From the IMG/VR virus record IMGVR_UViG_3300007735_000794, positions 1 through 64,000 of that record: a stretch of DNA of 64,000 nucleotides. One strand, given 5' to 3'. The notes beneath the pieces are model-generated. The model worked only from the letters and a program-made list of their open reading frames with translations. It was not told the DNA's origin and made no database searches. Shown one piece after another: positions 47,982 to 57,980 of the stretch (positions within the stretch are counted from its first letter, which is position 1; every line of letters starts with the position of its first letter). Origin of the DNA: a virus. The translations under genes were made by a program, and so were the position numbers.

Positions 47982-48220
47982 AAGTAGGAAAATCTGAAAC
48001 AGAAAAGAAAGCAGAAGAATTGCTTAAATGCAGACAAATCGTAACTGAGGTTCTTAGATTTGGTGTTTCGCAAGATCAAATTATGCAAATCATAAATCTG
48101 CTAGCATTAGAACTTGAAAATAACGCAGCTATGATTGATATAGTCGCAGCAGTAAAAGCACACAAAGTGTCAATCATTGATGAAAATACAACAGCAATTA
48201 AAACAAAACTTTTGGATTAG
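47978..48220 (+). CDS. hypothetical protein
   Basis: ATGA overlap. Confidence 0.75.
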   Translation: MKVGKSETEKKAEELLKCRQIVTEVLRFGVSQDQIMQIINLLALELENNAAMIDIVAAVKAHKVSIIDENTTAIKTKLLD

Positions 48221-48222
48221 CA

Positions 48223-48489
48223 ATGGCAAAAAATGAAATGCAGCAACTTTGGGAAGAGATTAACTTAATTGTTGCAAGTATGGAAAAAGATGCAATTAAA
48301 ACAGATGGAGGAAATATTCGTTCTGGCGTTGTTTTACGCAAAGGATTGCGTCTCTTAAAAGAAAGAGCTGCTAATATGCTTCGAGAATCAATAGAACGAA
48401 AAGAGCAGTTTGCAGAAAACAAACGTGTTCGTCTTAAAGCACGTCGCGATAGAGATGCTGCTAGACAAACAAAAAAATCAATTAACTAG
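48223..48489 (+). CDS. histone H1-like Hc1-family nucleoid protein
   Basis: MEKDAIK..GN..SG..LRK..L.....R.ES pattern; basic tail. Confidence 0.7.
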   Translation: MAKNEMQQLWEEINLIVASMEKDAIKTDGGNIRSGVVLRKGLRLLKERAANMLRESIERKEQFAENKRVRLKARRDRDAARQTKKSIN

Positions 48490-48699
48490 TGAAGAAAGTT
48501 TTTCAATTATTCGTTTTTCAATTTGACAAACGCGCATGCGTGATATAGATAATATGTCACCTATTTCTTGCAGTAATAATGTGCCACGCTTAGCAGCAAC
48601 AATTGTGCAATTTTGATGCTGTTTGCAATTTATCCATTGTCTGCAAGCTTTATTATTGCATTGTACCTTGTGCTCATCGTGCAATTGATAACATTTCAT
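48478..48699 (-). CDS. stand-alone sigma-70 region 4 HTH protein with Cys-rich N-terminus
   Basis: LQEIGDILSISRMRVCQIEKRIIEKL; five N-terminal Cys; GAGG SD. Confidence 0.8.
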   Translation of the reverse strand: MKCYQLHDEHKVQCNNKACRQWINCKQHQNCTIVAAKRGTLLLQEIGDILSISRMRVCQIEKRIIEKLSSLVN

Positions 48700-48759
48700 T
48701 GTAATACCTCTAATTCAATAATAGAGTTGAATGTATGATTTTACCACACAGAGAGTTTA

Positions 48760-50061
48760 ATGTCCTCAAATAATGATAAAAGAAAAACGTTTGTAGTAGA
48801 TACTTCTGTTTTGCTATATGATAAATGTGCAATTCACTCATTTACTGGAAATGACGTTGTAATTCCATTGATCGTTTTAGATGAGCTTGATCGAAACAAA
48901 GACAAGCCCGGTCTTGTTGGTGAAAACGCAAGATACGTCAATCGTTTTCTAGACGATCTCAGAAAAGAGAATAAATTATTTGAAACTATCAATCTGAAAA
49001 ATGATCAAACTATTCGTGTAGAAATTGAATCACATCAAGTGCCACAAGGACTTGATCCAAGCTTTGGTGATAACAAGATCATTGCAACTGCGTATTATCT
49101 TACAAAATCAATGCTCAATACAAAAGTTGTTATGGTGACAAAAGATATCAACTTTAGAATTAAATGTGATGCATTAGGAATCGAAGCTGACGATTACTAC
49201 AAAGATAGAGTTATACAGAACAAAGACGCAATCTATTCGGGTATGCAAGAAATAGAAACTCAAGATGATTTCTTGATTGACAATTTTTATAAACAAGGAT
49301 TTGTTAGCACAAATCTAATTGAAAATGATTTCTATAAGAATCAATATATCTCGCTAAAGTCTGGAAGCAAATCATTGCTTGGCATAAACAATGACGGAAG
49401 AATCATCCCGCTTATCAATAAAATTGATTCTGCAGCAAAAATAAAAGCAAGAAATAAAGAACAGCTATTCGCAATAGACCTTCTTTCACGTGAAGAAATA
49501 AAACTCGTTTCAATGACAGGAATTGCAGGATCAGGAAAAACTTTCTTAACACTCCTCGCAGGGCTTGCAGGAATTCAAGACAAAAAATATGAAAGAATCA
49601 TTATCACAAGATCATTACAGACTGTCGGAAAAGATATTGGTTTTTTGCCAGGCGATATCAATGAAAAAATGTCGCCTTGGCTCTCACCAATTTTAGATAA
49701 CTTTAGACATGTATTCAAAGATCTTTCATATTTTGAAATAATGCGACAAAAAGGTCAAATTGAAATTACGCCGCTCGCATTTATTCGTGGTAGAACATTT
49801 AACAATACATTTTTGATCGTAGACGAAGCTCAAAATTCTACAATACACGAACTAAAGACTGTAATTACACGCGTCGGCGAAAATTCAAAAGTCGTATTGT
49901 TGGGCGATACAGACCAAATTGATACGCCATATCTCGATAGTCTATCAAATGGTTTGACAATCGTCGTAGAAAAATTTAAAAATCACGATATTACAGGACA
50001 TATCACATTAACTAAGGGCGAACGTTCACAGCTTGCAACTTTAGCATCTAAAATAATTTAG
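48760..50061 (+). CDS. phoH: PIN-PhoH family ATPase
   Basis: VVDTSVL / VLDELD PIN domain; GIAGSGKT, GFLPGD, RGRTF, VDEAQN, GDTDQID. Confidence 0.95.
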   Translation: MSSNNDKRKTFVVDTSVLLYDKCAIHSFTGNDVVIPLIVLDELDRNKDKPGLVGENARYVNRFLDDLRKENKLFETINLKNDQTIRVEIESHQVPQGLDPSFGDNKIIATAYYLTKSMLNTKVVMVTKDINFRIKCDALGIEADDYYKDRVIQNKDAIYSGMQEIETQDDFLIDNFYKQGFVSTNLIENDFYKNQYISLKSGSKSLLGINNDGRIIPLINKIDSAAKIKARNKEQLFAIDLLSREEIKLVSMTGIAGSGKTFLTLLAGLAGIQDKKYERIIITRSLQTVGKDIGFLPGDINEKMSPWLSPILDNFRHVFKDLSYFEIMRQKGQIEITPLAFIRGRTFNNTFLIVDEAQNSTIHELKTVITRVGENSKVVLLGDTDQIDTPYLDSLSNGLTIVVEKFKNHDITGHITLTKGERSQLATLASKII

Positions 50062-50093
50062 AATGAATAGTTACTCTATATCAGAGTAGCAAA

Positions 50094-50438
50094 TTGGCAG
50101 GCATAACATATAAACGACTTGACAAAAATAGATTTGTAAAAGTCTATCCATACAATAGAACTCCGCCTAGTTATGTATATGTTTATGAACAAGCACAAGG
50201 TGGATCATCTGTGGAAGCAGGAAAAATAACATTCGCAAACTCAGACTCTGAGACATATTCTTTTACAAATGGACCTTACACTTCAGTACCGTCCATTACT
50301 ATTTCTACAGTTGATTCATTAAGTAACAGTAATACAAACATTACAATTACTGTTGCAGCAGCGAGCACGACATCTGCAACTATTAAATCATCTGCAAAAT
50401 TTTCTGGTCAAGTTCATATTCATGTTGTTCCAGTCTAA
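50094..50438 (+). CDS. putative virion structural protein (Ser/Thr-rich beta protein)
   Basis: TTG start; ATAGTTA upstream; composition. Confidence 0.6.
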   Translation: MAGITYKRLDKNRFVKVYPYNRTPPSYVYVYEQAQGGSSVEAGKITFANSDSETYSFTNGPYTSVPSITISTVDSLSNSNTNITITVAAASTTSATIKSSAKFSGQVHIHVVPV

Positions 50439-50447
50439 GAGGATAGA

Positions 50448-50996
50448 ATGTCATTAGACCAAAGATCAAATCAAATACGAACTACACAAATCATAGCAAC
50501 GGGCACGAATAGCACGAACGCTTCAATTTTGATTTATGGAAATGAAGCAGCAACTAACTATGAGGGCGGAATTTCTGCATTATTAGGAACTAACATTGGA
50601 ACAGACGTTTTCTTATATGTCAGCGGTTCTTCTACAAAAAAGACAGTTTTTGGTGGTGATCTTGTAGCATCTGGAACAATACTTTTTAAAGGACAGCTCA
50701 CAGGCTCTGACTTAAACATTTCAAATACACTTGTTGTTAGTGGAAATTCAACATTTGGTGACGCATCGACAGACACAGTAAAGTTCAATGGAAAATTAAT
50801 ATCAGACGTCTTACCAAGCACAGATAGTGCATATGATCTTGGGTCACCAACAGCACGTTGGAAGAACATCTACACGGGTGACTTGCATTTAAGAAACGAT
50901 AGGGGTGATTGGACAATCATTGAAGAAGAAGATTTTCTTACAATCACAAATAATCGATCAGGCAAAAGATACAAGTTTGTTGTAGAAGAAATATAG
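50448..50996 (+). CDS. putative tail fibre / baseplate-associated protein
   Basis: LPSTDSAYDLGSPTARWKNIYTGDLHL..GDWTIIE typical of phage fibre segments. Confidence 0.7.
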   Translation: MSLDQRSNQIRTTQIIATGTNSTNASILIYGNEAATNYEGGISALLGTNIGTDVFLYVSGSSTKKTVFGGDLVASGTILFKGQLTGSDLNISNTLVVSGNSTFGDASTDTVKFNGKLISDVLPSTDSAYDLGSPTARWKNIYTGDLHLRNDRGDWTIIEEEDFLTITNNRSGKRYKFVVEEI

Positions 50997-51029
50997 TTTA
51001 TTTTTCATTTGCAATGTTAGTATTGCTGT

Positions 51030-52907
51030 ATGAAATCTATGAATATCATTTTTGTTGCCGATTTGTTTTCAAATGACTATGCTGGTGGCGCCGAATTAAC
51101 GACAGACGCCTTAATAAGCTACGGTCCACAAAACATAATTAAAGTTCATTCTAAAGATGTTGATGTTAAATTTTTGCAAGATCATCAACACGATTATTGG
51201 GTTTTTTGCAACTTTTCATCTCTCAATTTCAACTTAATACCTTTGTTAATTGGTAACATAAATTACAGCGTCATCGAATACGATTATAAGTTCTGTCAAT
51301 ACAGGTCAATCGAAAAACACAAAGCTGCAACAGGATATGATTGCGACTGTGCAAACAAAGATATTGGTAAATATGTTTCTGCATTCTTTTATGGAGCAGA
51401 CTATATTTTCTGGATGTCAAAAGGTCAAATGGATCGATACCATTCATTTTTCCCGTCATTAAAGAATCGAAAGCAAATGATTCTTTCTTCGGTATTTGAC
51501 AATAACTTTTTTAATGTAATTGATGTAATGAAAAATTACAATGATAACCGAGACGGCTGGATAGTTCTCGGTTCTAATTCGTGGATTAAGGGCAAAGACA
51601 ACGCAATCAAGTGGTGTGAAGAAAATAACAAAAAGTACGAAGTTATTTGGGACATTCCATATGAAGAAACACTTGCAAAGTTGGCATCTGCTGAGGGATT
51701 TGTGTATCTACCAGCCGGCGGCGACACATGTCCTCGCATGGTAATTGAAGCAAAATTATTGGGTTGTGAAGTTGTAACAAATGAAAACGTTCAACACGAA
51801 AGCGAAAGCTGGTGGCAGAATGAACAAGAGATAACACGGGAGTACTTAGAAGAACAGCCATATGTCTTCTGGTCAATCATCGAAAAGTATTCCCAGCGTA
51901 ATCTAGATATCTCTGGCTATACTACAACTTATAACTGTGTGAATCAAAATTACCCGTTTATTGAGTCTGTGACTTCGATGCTAAATTGTCTTGATGAAGT
52001 CATTGTTGTCGATGGTGGGTCAACAGACGGAACGCTTGAAAAGCTTCAACAGCTCTCAAATGAGAACAATAAATTAAAAGTAGTGTCAAATCCACGTGAC
52101 TGGAGTGATTCAAGATCCGCAGTTTTTGATGGTGATCAAAAAGCAGTCGCTAGAAGATATTGCACAGGAGATTTGTGCTGGCAAATGGATGTTGACGAAA
52201 TCATTCATGAAAATGATTATCAAAAAATAAGAGAGCTTGTTAAGCATGTGCATAAAAGCAATCAAGTAATTGCATTGCCAGTAATCGAATTCTGGGGTGC
52301 TAATAAGAAAGTAAGAATAGACATTAATCCATGGAAGTGGAGATTAAGTAGAAATTACCCGCATATTACACATGGAATTCCAGCACAACTGCGACGTTAT
52401 GACAAAGAAGGCAAATTGTATTCTGCACAAGGAACAGATGGATGTGATTATATACACGCAGATACATGTGAATTGATTCCATTTGTAAACTTTCATACAC
52501 AAGAAACAGAAACTATGCGTCAAAATGCTGCATTTAGCGAAGAGTTTAGAATGAAATATGTTGATTGGTTTACGCAAGTAACAAATTCATTGCCAGGCGT
52601 TTATCATTATTCTTGGTATGATCTTGAAAGAAAAATAAAGACATACAAACATTTTTGGTCAAGGCATTGGCAAAGTTTGTTCGACATAAAACAAGAAGAC
52701 ACAGCACAAAACAATATGTTCTTTGATAAGCCGTGGGCAGAAGTTACAGACAAAGATATTAAAGAACTTGCAGAAAAGTTAGAAAAAGAAATGTGCGGCT
52801 GGATATTCCATAGAAAAATAAATTGGAAAACCCCCACGCCAGATGTTAAAATAAAAGAGTTAACGCACCCAAGTGTGATGTCTAACTGGATTAAATGTGA
52901 ACAATAA
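51030..52907 (+). CDS. two-domain glycosyltransferase (GT4-like + GT2-like)
   Basis: GGAE; DTCPRMVIEAKLLG; VVDGGSTDGT; QMDVDE. Confidence 0.9.
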   Translation: MKSMNIIFVADLFSNDYAGGAELTTDALISYGPQNIIKVHSKDVDVKFLQDHQHDYWVFCNFSSLNFNLIPLLIGNINYSVIEYDYKFCQYRSIEKHKAATGYDCDCANKDIGKYVSAFFYGADYIFWMSKGQMDRYHSFFPSLKNRKQMILSSVFDNNFFNVIDVMKNYNDNRDGWIVLGSNSWIKGKDNAIKWCEENNKKYEVIWDIPYEETLAKLASAEGFVYLPAGGDTCPRMVIEAKLLGCEVVTNENVQHESESWWQNEQEITREYLEEQPYVFWSIIEKYSQRNLDISGYTTTYNCVNQNYPFIESVTSMLNCLDEVIVVDGGSTDGTLEKLQQLSNENNKLKVVSNPRDWSDSRSAVFDGDQKAVARRYCTGDLCWQMDVDEIIHENDYQKIRELVKHVHKSNQVIALPVIEFWGANKKVRIDINPWKWRLSRNYPHITHGIPAQLRRYDKEGKLYSAQGTDGCDYIHADTCELIPFVNFHTQETETMRQNAAFSEEFRMKYVDWFTQVTNSLPGVYHYSWYDLERKIKTYKHFWSRHWQSLFDIKQEDTAQNNMFFDKPWAEVTDKDIKELAEKLEKEMCGWIFHRKINWKTPTPDVKIKELTHPSVMSNWIKCEQ

Positions 52908-53637
52908 ATTTGTTTTTGTAACGCCTGTTTTTAATTGTCAAGATAAGATTGCTCAAACATTAATGACGATGATGTCACAATCGTATAATGATTGGCGTGC
53001 AATCATTATAAACGATATGTCGACAGACAAAACATTACGAACAATAAAAAAGACAATTGCAAATTGTACATTTAAAGACAAGTTTACAATCGTTGATAAC
53101 AAAGAAAAAATGGGTGAAGTAAGAAATACGCTTAATGCTTCGTCAATGATAGACGACGATGAGATTGTAGTTCGTCTCGACGGTGGCGACTGGCTAACAG
53201 AGAATGACACACTTTGGCTTTTAAATCAAACTTATCAAGATTCTAAAGTAGACGTTGCATGGACATCACATCGATGGGAGTATACTACACAAAATATTTC
53301 TGCACCACTTGTGTTGTCACATGGACAAACCGTTTATGACCATCCATGGGTTTCTAGTCACCTAAAGACATTTAGAAATTCTGCACTAAAGAAGGTGCCG
53401 ATTGCAAATTTCAAAGATGAGAATGGAAACTTTATAATGATTGCTTGCGATCAAGCAGTATTTCTACCAATGATGCACATGTCAATAATGGAAAACAGAC
53501 TAGTCGGTCATATTCCTGTAATTTGCTATCACTACAGCATTAATTTGAAGGATAAAGAACTTTTTACATCTGAAAGATCAATTAAACAAAAAAACTCTGC
53601 AGAGTGGATTAGATCACGTGGCTTTATCAAATGTTAA
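52897..53637 (+). CDS. GT2 glycosyltransferase
   Basis: TPVFN; INDMSTD; RLDGGDW. Confidence 0.9.
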   Translation: MNNKFVFVTPVFNCQDKIAQTLMTMMSQSYNDWRAIIINDMSTDKTLRTIKKTIANCTFKDKFTIVDNKEKMGEVRNTLNASSMIDDDEIVVRLDGGDWLTENDTLWLLNQTYQDSKVDVAWTSHRWEYTTQNISAPLVLSHGQTVYDHPWVSSHLKTFRNSALKKVPIANFKDENGNFIMIACDQAVFLPMMHMSIMENRLVGHIPVICYHYSINLKDKELFTSERSIKQKNSAEWIRSRGFIKC

Positions 53638-54521
53638 TAAACATAAATAATGTAGATTTTTCATCGAACTCTGGCCCAAATTCATTTGCAAGCAGGCTTG
53701 CCACACAGCTCAGCGCTGCTGGTCATACAATAACAAAAGAAAAAAATGCAGACGTTCAACTTTCTTTTATCACGATAACAGAAAATACGACGAAAAAAAT
53801 ATTCTTGCGTCTTGATGGCATTTATTTTAATACACAACAAGACTTTATTAGTATGAATGCGCCCATCAGAGAATCATTTAAAAATGCGTATGGTGTAATT
53901 TATCAAACACAATTTAATCACGATTTGATTGAAAAATATTTTGGTCGTCATATTAACACAGCCATTATACGAAATGGTACAGACTTAAAGACAATTGAAA
54001 AAATTCCCGCGATAAAACACGAAATCATAGACAAATATGAAAGTGTGTGGTCATGTGCTTCTTCTTGGCGCCCACACAAACGATTATCTGAAAATATTCG
54101 TTATTTTCAAGAACATGCAGGCAGAGATGATTGCTTAATAGTCGCTGGAAAAAATGCAAATTTCGATGGAATTAATGATAAAAGAATTTTGTATGTTGGC
54201 GACGTTAATTGGGAGACGCTGATTAGCATATATAAGCGTTCAAAATTTTTTATACATCTTGCGTGGTTAGATCATTGCCCAAATGTTGTAGTTGATGCAA
54301 GAGCAGCAGGATGTAAAATTATTTGTACAGACTCAGGTGGAACAAAAGAAATAGCAGGTTTAGACGCAAAATTAATTAATGATGAAAAATGGGATTTTGA
54401 GCCACATGATCTTTATAAACCTTCAAAATTAGACTTTTCAAAATTTAACAACAACACATATGATTCTAATATTGATATCGTAGACGTTGCAAATAAATAC
54501 ATACACTTTTTAAAGAGCTAA
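53631..54521 (+). CDS. GT4 glycosyltransferase
   Basis: IIRNG; HKRL; DHCPNVVVDARAAG..GGTKE. Confidence 0.9.
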   Translation: MLININNVDFSSNSGPNSFASRLATQLSAAGHTITKEKNADVQLSFITITENTTKKIFLRLDGIYFNTQQDFISMNAPIRESFKNAYGVIYQTQFNHDLIEKYFGRHINTAIIRNGTDLKTIEKIPAIKHEIIDKYESVWSCASSWRPHKRLSENIRYFQEHAGRDDCLIVAGKNANFDGINDKRILYVGDVNWETLISIYKRSKFFIHLAWLDHCPNVVVDARAAGCKIICTDSGGTKEIAGLDAKLINDEKWDFEPHDLYKPSKLDFSKFNNNTYDSNIDIVDVANKYIHFLKS

Positions 54522-54523
54522 AA

Positions 54524-55771
54524 ATGATTAAAAAAGCACATCACGAATCTTATGATAAATATGTTGAAAAACAAAAAGAGAAAACACTCGATCCTGACAA
54601 GCGAGAAAAATGGCTTACTGTCGAATGGCAATCTAAAATCGATGGATTCAAAAACGAATTTAAAAAATTCGGAAACATTTTAAATCAAAATTCAAAAGTT
54701 TTGTGTATTGGTGCAAGAACAGGTCAAGAGGTCGAAGCATTCATCCAGTTAGGAATTAAAAATGTCATGGGTATCGACCTTGTTGCATGTCCGCCTCATG
54801 TGATAGAAGGTGATATGCATAAACTCTCATTTGCAGATGAGACATTTGATATTGTGTACTCAAATATTTTTGATCATTCAACAAACCCAGCAAAATTTGT
54901 AAGTGAAATTGAAAGAGTTTTGAAAATCAATGGATTTGCATTTATGCAATTCCAACTTGGCATTGATCAAGATGAATATACAGAATACATTATTGAGAAT
55001 CCATTTCATGACATCTTGACACTATTCAATGTTTCATATTGTCATCATATCAATTCAATAGAGCGAAATTTTGCTGGAATGAATTTTGAGATTCTAACAA
55101 GAAAAGATGCTGAGCTTGTAAAGCTGTTTAATGAGGTAGGGACTGTAGAAACGTTAAAATTGCCAGACGAATACAGACAATTGTGGGATGATATCAATCT
55201 AGACACACAAAAGCGTAAGCTTGATTCTGCATTTATTGTTGATGAGAACGAAAGGAACACAATTCTTGATACGCTTTCAAAGCGTGCATATTATCTAACT
55301 AAAATCGCAGACACATACGGAGTAAAACAAATAGCAGAAGTTGGAACTGCTGAAGGATGGCAGTTTTATTCATTCTGCAAATCAAATTCTGGCAACGTCT
55401 GGTCTTGTGACTTAAGAGATGTAAGATCTTCAAAATATGTAAATACATTTGAGAACGAAAAGTTCGTTGTAGGAAATAGCGATGCAATGAGAGATTCAAT
55501 AAAAGAAGCAAATGAAAAAATCGATATGTTCTATATTGATGGTGGACATGATCAAGGAAATGTCGTAGCAGACGTAAAGAGCTTAATTCCTGTACAAAGC
55601 GACCAGTGCATTTGGGTATTTGATGACTTTGATACAAGATTTGGTTGCGTTAATGATATTGCTCAAATTCTTGTAGCAAGCACGCAATTTAAAGTCTATT
55701 CTGTTGGAAAGACAGCAAGCGGTCAACCGAATCATCAAGCATTTTGCAGAGTTAAGTTCACAGATGGATAA
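54524..55771 (+). CDS. double SAM-dependent methyltransferase
   Basis: LCIGARTG..GDMH..FDIVY; EVGTAEG..YIDGGH..VFDDF. Confidence 0.9.
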   Translation: MIKKAHHESYDKYVEKQKEKTLDPDKREKWLTVEWQSKIDGFKNEFKKFGNILNQNSKVLCIGARTGQEVEAFIQLGIKNVMGIDLVACPPHVIEGDMHKLSFADETFDIVYSNIFDHSTNPAKFVSEIERVLKINGFAFMQFQLGIDQDEYTEYIIENPFHDILTLFNVSYCHHINSIERNFAGMNFEILTRKDAELVKLFNEVGTVETLKLPDEYRQLWDDINLDTQKRKLDSAFIVDENERNTILDTLSKRAYYLTKIADTYGVKQIAEVGTAEGWQFYSFCKSNSGNVWSCDLRDVRSSKYVNTFENEKFVVGNSDAMRDSIKEANEKIDMFYIDGGHDQGNVVADVKSLIPVQSDQCIWVFDDFDTRFGCVNDIAQILVASTQFKVYSVGKTASGQPNHQAFCRVKFTDG

Positions 55772-56627
55772 AGTTTTTCTTACATCTTGCATTGGTCTAG
55801 ATTATGATTTATGTTTACTTGAGCATTTTATAAATCATTATCTAGACATGGGAATAAGGCATCAAAACTTTTTGCTTGTTTTAAACACTTTCAAAGATCA
55901 AGACAATAAAATTAAAGAAAGCGAAGAAATATTGTTGAAATATGGAATAAAACCTGTAGATATTTGGCGCGGCGAATATGAAAGTGAAGAAAAATGGGCA
56001 AGAATAAATGCTGTCTTAACAAAACGAGTAACAAAAAATGACTGGGTTGTTCATCCAGATGCTGATGAATTTCAAGTGTACCCAAAGAATCTCAATACAC
56101 TCATCACAGACTTTGAAAGTTTAGGAATAAATGCAACACAAGGTTTTCTTATAGACAGAATATCTGCAGATCTAACTGTGAAAGACGTAGATAGAGATAT
56201 AACAAATAAAATTTGGCATCAATACCCAGTTAATGCGAATCTTGCACCTTTGATTGGTCTAAAAGGCGTAAAGCTCATGATCTATCGTGGAAATATGCGT
56301 GCAAATAACGGCTCGGGTGAAATTAATGATTCATGCAAACATTTTGTTAATTACCCATACGGCTCGACAGGACTTCAAAATTTTGAAATTACGAAAAGAA
56401 TTATGAATATTGACAATAAAGATGAATTCATGAAGTTCGATGATAATTCTATGAATGAACTCCGATCATTTCATAACTTCTTTACATATCACTTCAAATG
56501 GAATGGTGATGTAATGCCTAAACTTGAACAACGAATTGAAACATACAAGCGTTTAAATAGACCACAATTGTTTCAATCAGTAAAATTTATTGAACACTAT
56601 AAAAAGTACGGTAAGATATTAGTATAA
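55764..56627 (+). CDS. GT2-like glycosyltransferase
   Basis: FINHYLDMG; WVVHPDADEF; YHFKW. Confidence 0.8.
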   Translation: MDKVFLTSCIGLDYDLCLLEHFINHYLDMGIRHQNFLLVLNTFKDQDNKIKESEEILLKYGIKPVDIWRGEYESEEKWARINAVLTKRVTKNDWVVHPDADEFQVYPKNLNTLITDFESLGINATQGFLIDRISADLTVKDVDRDITNKIWHQYPVNANLAPLIGLKGVKLMIYRGNMRANNGSGEINDSCKHFVNYPYGSTGLQNFEITKRIMNIDNKDEFMKFDDNSMNELRSFHNFFTYHFKWNGDVMPKLEQRIETYKRLNRPQLFQSVKFIEHYKKYGKILV

Positions 56628-57979
56628 TGTGTAGCTTTTTAGTAACATCAAAAAAATATAATCAAAAGCTTTTTCACTTTGCAAATGAAAAGCAACAACG
56701 CCGAGGCCCAGATTCAACTAGTATTGTTGAATTTGAGAATTATGTCTTTGTGCATAATTTGCTCTCAATAACGGGCGAATATACTCAACAACCTTTCTTT
56801 AATAAAGAAAGGTCAAAAGTCGCAATATTCAATGGCGAAATATACAATGCAAATGAATTTGGAGATTACCCGTCTGACGGGTATTCTTTAATTCCTGCAT
56901 ATGAACAACACGGCGAAAAATTTGCTGGTAAACTTGATGGTGAATTTGCATTTTGTATCATTGACAAAACAAAAAATGAATTAATCATATCAACAGATAC
57001 GTTTGGCACAAAACCTATCTGGTTTTCGATTGAAGGTGACAATTTTGCAGTCTCTTCTTACAGAAGTGCAATACAACACTTAGGGTTTAAAGAACAACAC
57101 AAAATTCCACCAAACACAACAATAATTGTCTCATTGAGCGAAATGAGAGCAATCAAAAGAATAAAATTCACAGATTTTAGCTTGATTCAATATAAGAAAA
57201 ATTTTGACGATTGGTGCATTGCATTTGAAAATTCAATATCAAAGCGTGCAAAAAATACAAGAGAGAATTTGTTTATAGGACTTTCAAGTGGTTATGATTC
57301 TGGTGCTATTGCATGTGAATTAAAAAAGCAAAATATTAAATTTAATTCATATAGCATAATTGCTGCAGAAGACATAAACGTGCTAAATAGTCGCAGAGCG
57401 TTATTAGAAAACAATAAAATAATCTCGTTGAGAGCAACAGACTATGCTGCACAACAAGCATACATTTCGCAAAATGCCGAAGCATTCAAGTCACAACCAA
57501 GAAAAAACAGACCAAATGGTTATGACGTTTTTGCAGACAAAGGTGCAATAGGCACAGGAATAATTTGTAGTGAAGCTCGACAAGACAATTGCAAAATTTA
57601 CTTATCTGGCCAAGGGTCTGATGAAATAATGTCTGATTATGGCTTTAAAGGTCGACCCGCACCCGGATTTTTACATTGTACAATCGCAGGTCACTATCCA
57701 GAAGATCTTAATATGATTTTTCCATGGGAAAACTTTTATACAGGCACACAAGAAGAGTTCCTGTATAAAGATGAATCAATTGCAGGATTATACGGAATAG
57801 AATCACGTTACCCATTTTTAGATAAAGCACTTGTACAAGAATTTTTATGGCTTGACAATACACTAAAAAACGCAGAGTACAAGAGCCCACTTGATTATTA
57901 CTTGACTAAAAACAATTTCCCATTTGCAAAAGGCGTACACACAAAAGTAGGCTTTAGAGCAAACTCAAACTTGGTATAA
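56627..57979 (+). CDS. asnB: asparagine-synthetase-like glutamine amidotransferase
   Basis: N-terminal Cys; RRGPD; FNGEIYN; LSSGYDS; SGQGSDE; RYPFLD. Confidence 0.9.
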   Translation: MCSFLVTSKKYNQKLFHFANEKQQRRGPDSTSIVEFENYVFVHNLLSITGEYTQQPFFNKERSKVAIFNGEIYNANEFGDYPSDGYSLIPAYEQHGEKFAGKLDGEFAFCIIDKTKNELIISTDTFGTKPIWFSIEGDNFAVSSYRSAIQHLGFKEQHKIPPNTTIIVSLSEMRAIKRIKFTDFSLIQYKKNFDDWCIAFENSISKRAKNTRENLFIGLSSGYDSGAIACELKKQNIKFNSYSIIAAEDINVLNSRRALLENNKIISLRATDYAAQQAYISQNAEAFKSQPRKNRPNGYDVFADKGAIGTGIICSEARQDNCKIYLSGQGSDEIMSDYGFKGRPAPGFLHCTIAGHYPEDLNMIFPWENFYTGTQEEFLYKDESIAGLYGIESRYPFLDKALVQEFLWLDNTLKNAEYKSPLDYYLTKNNFPFAKGVHTKVGFRANSNLV

Positions 57980-57980
57980 A

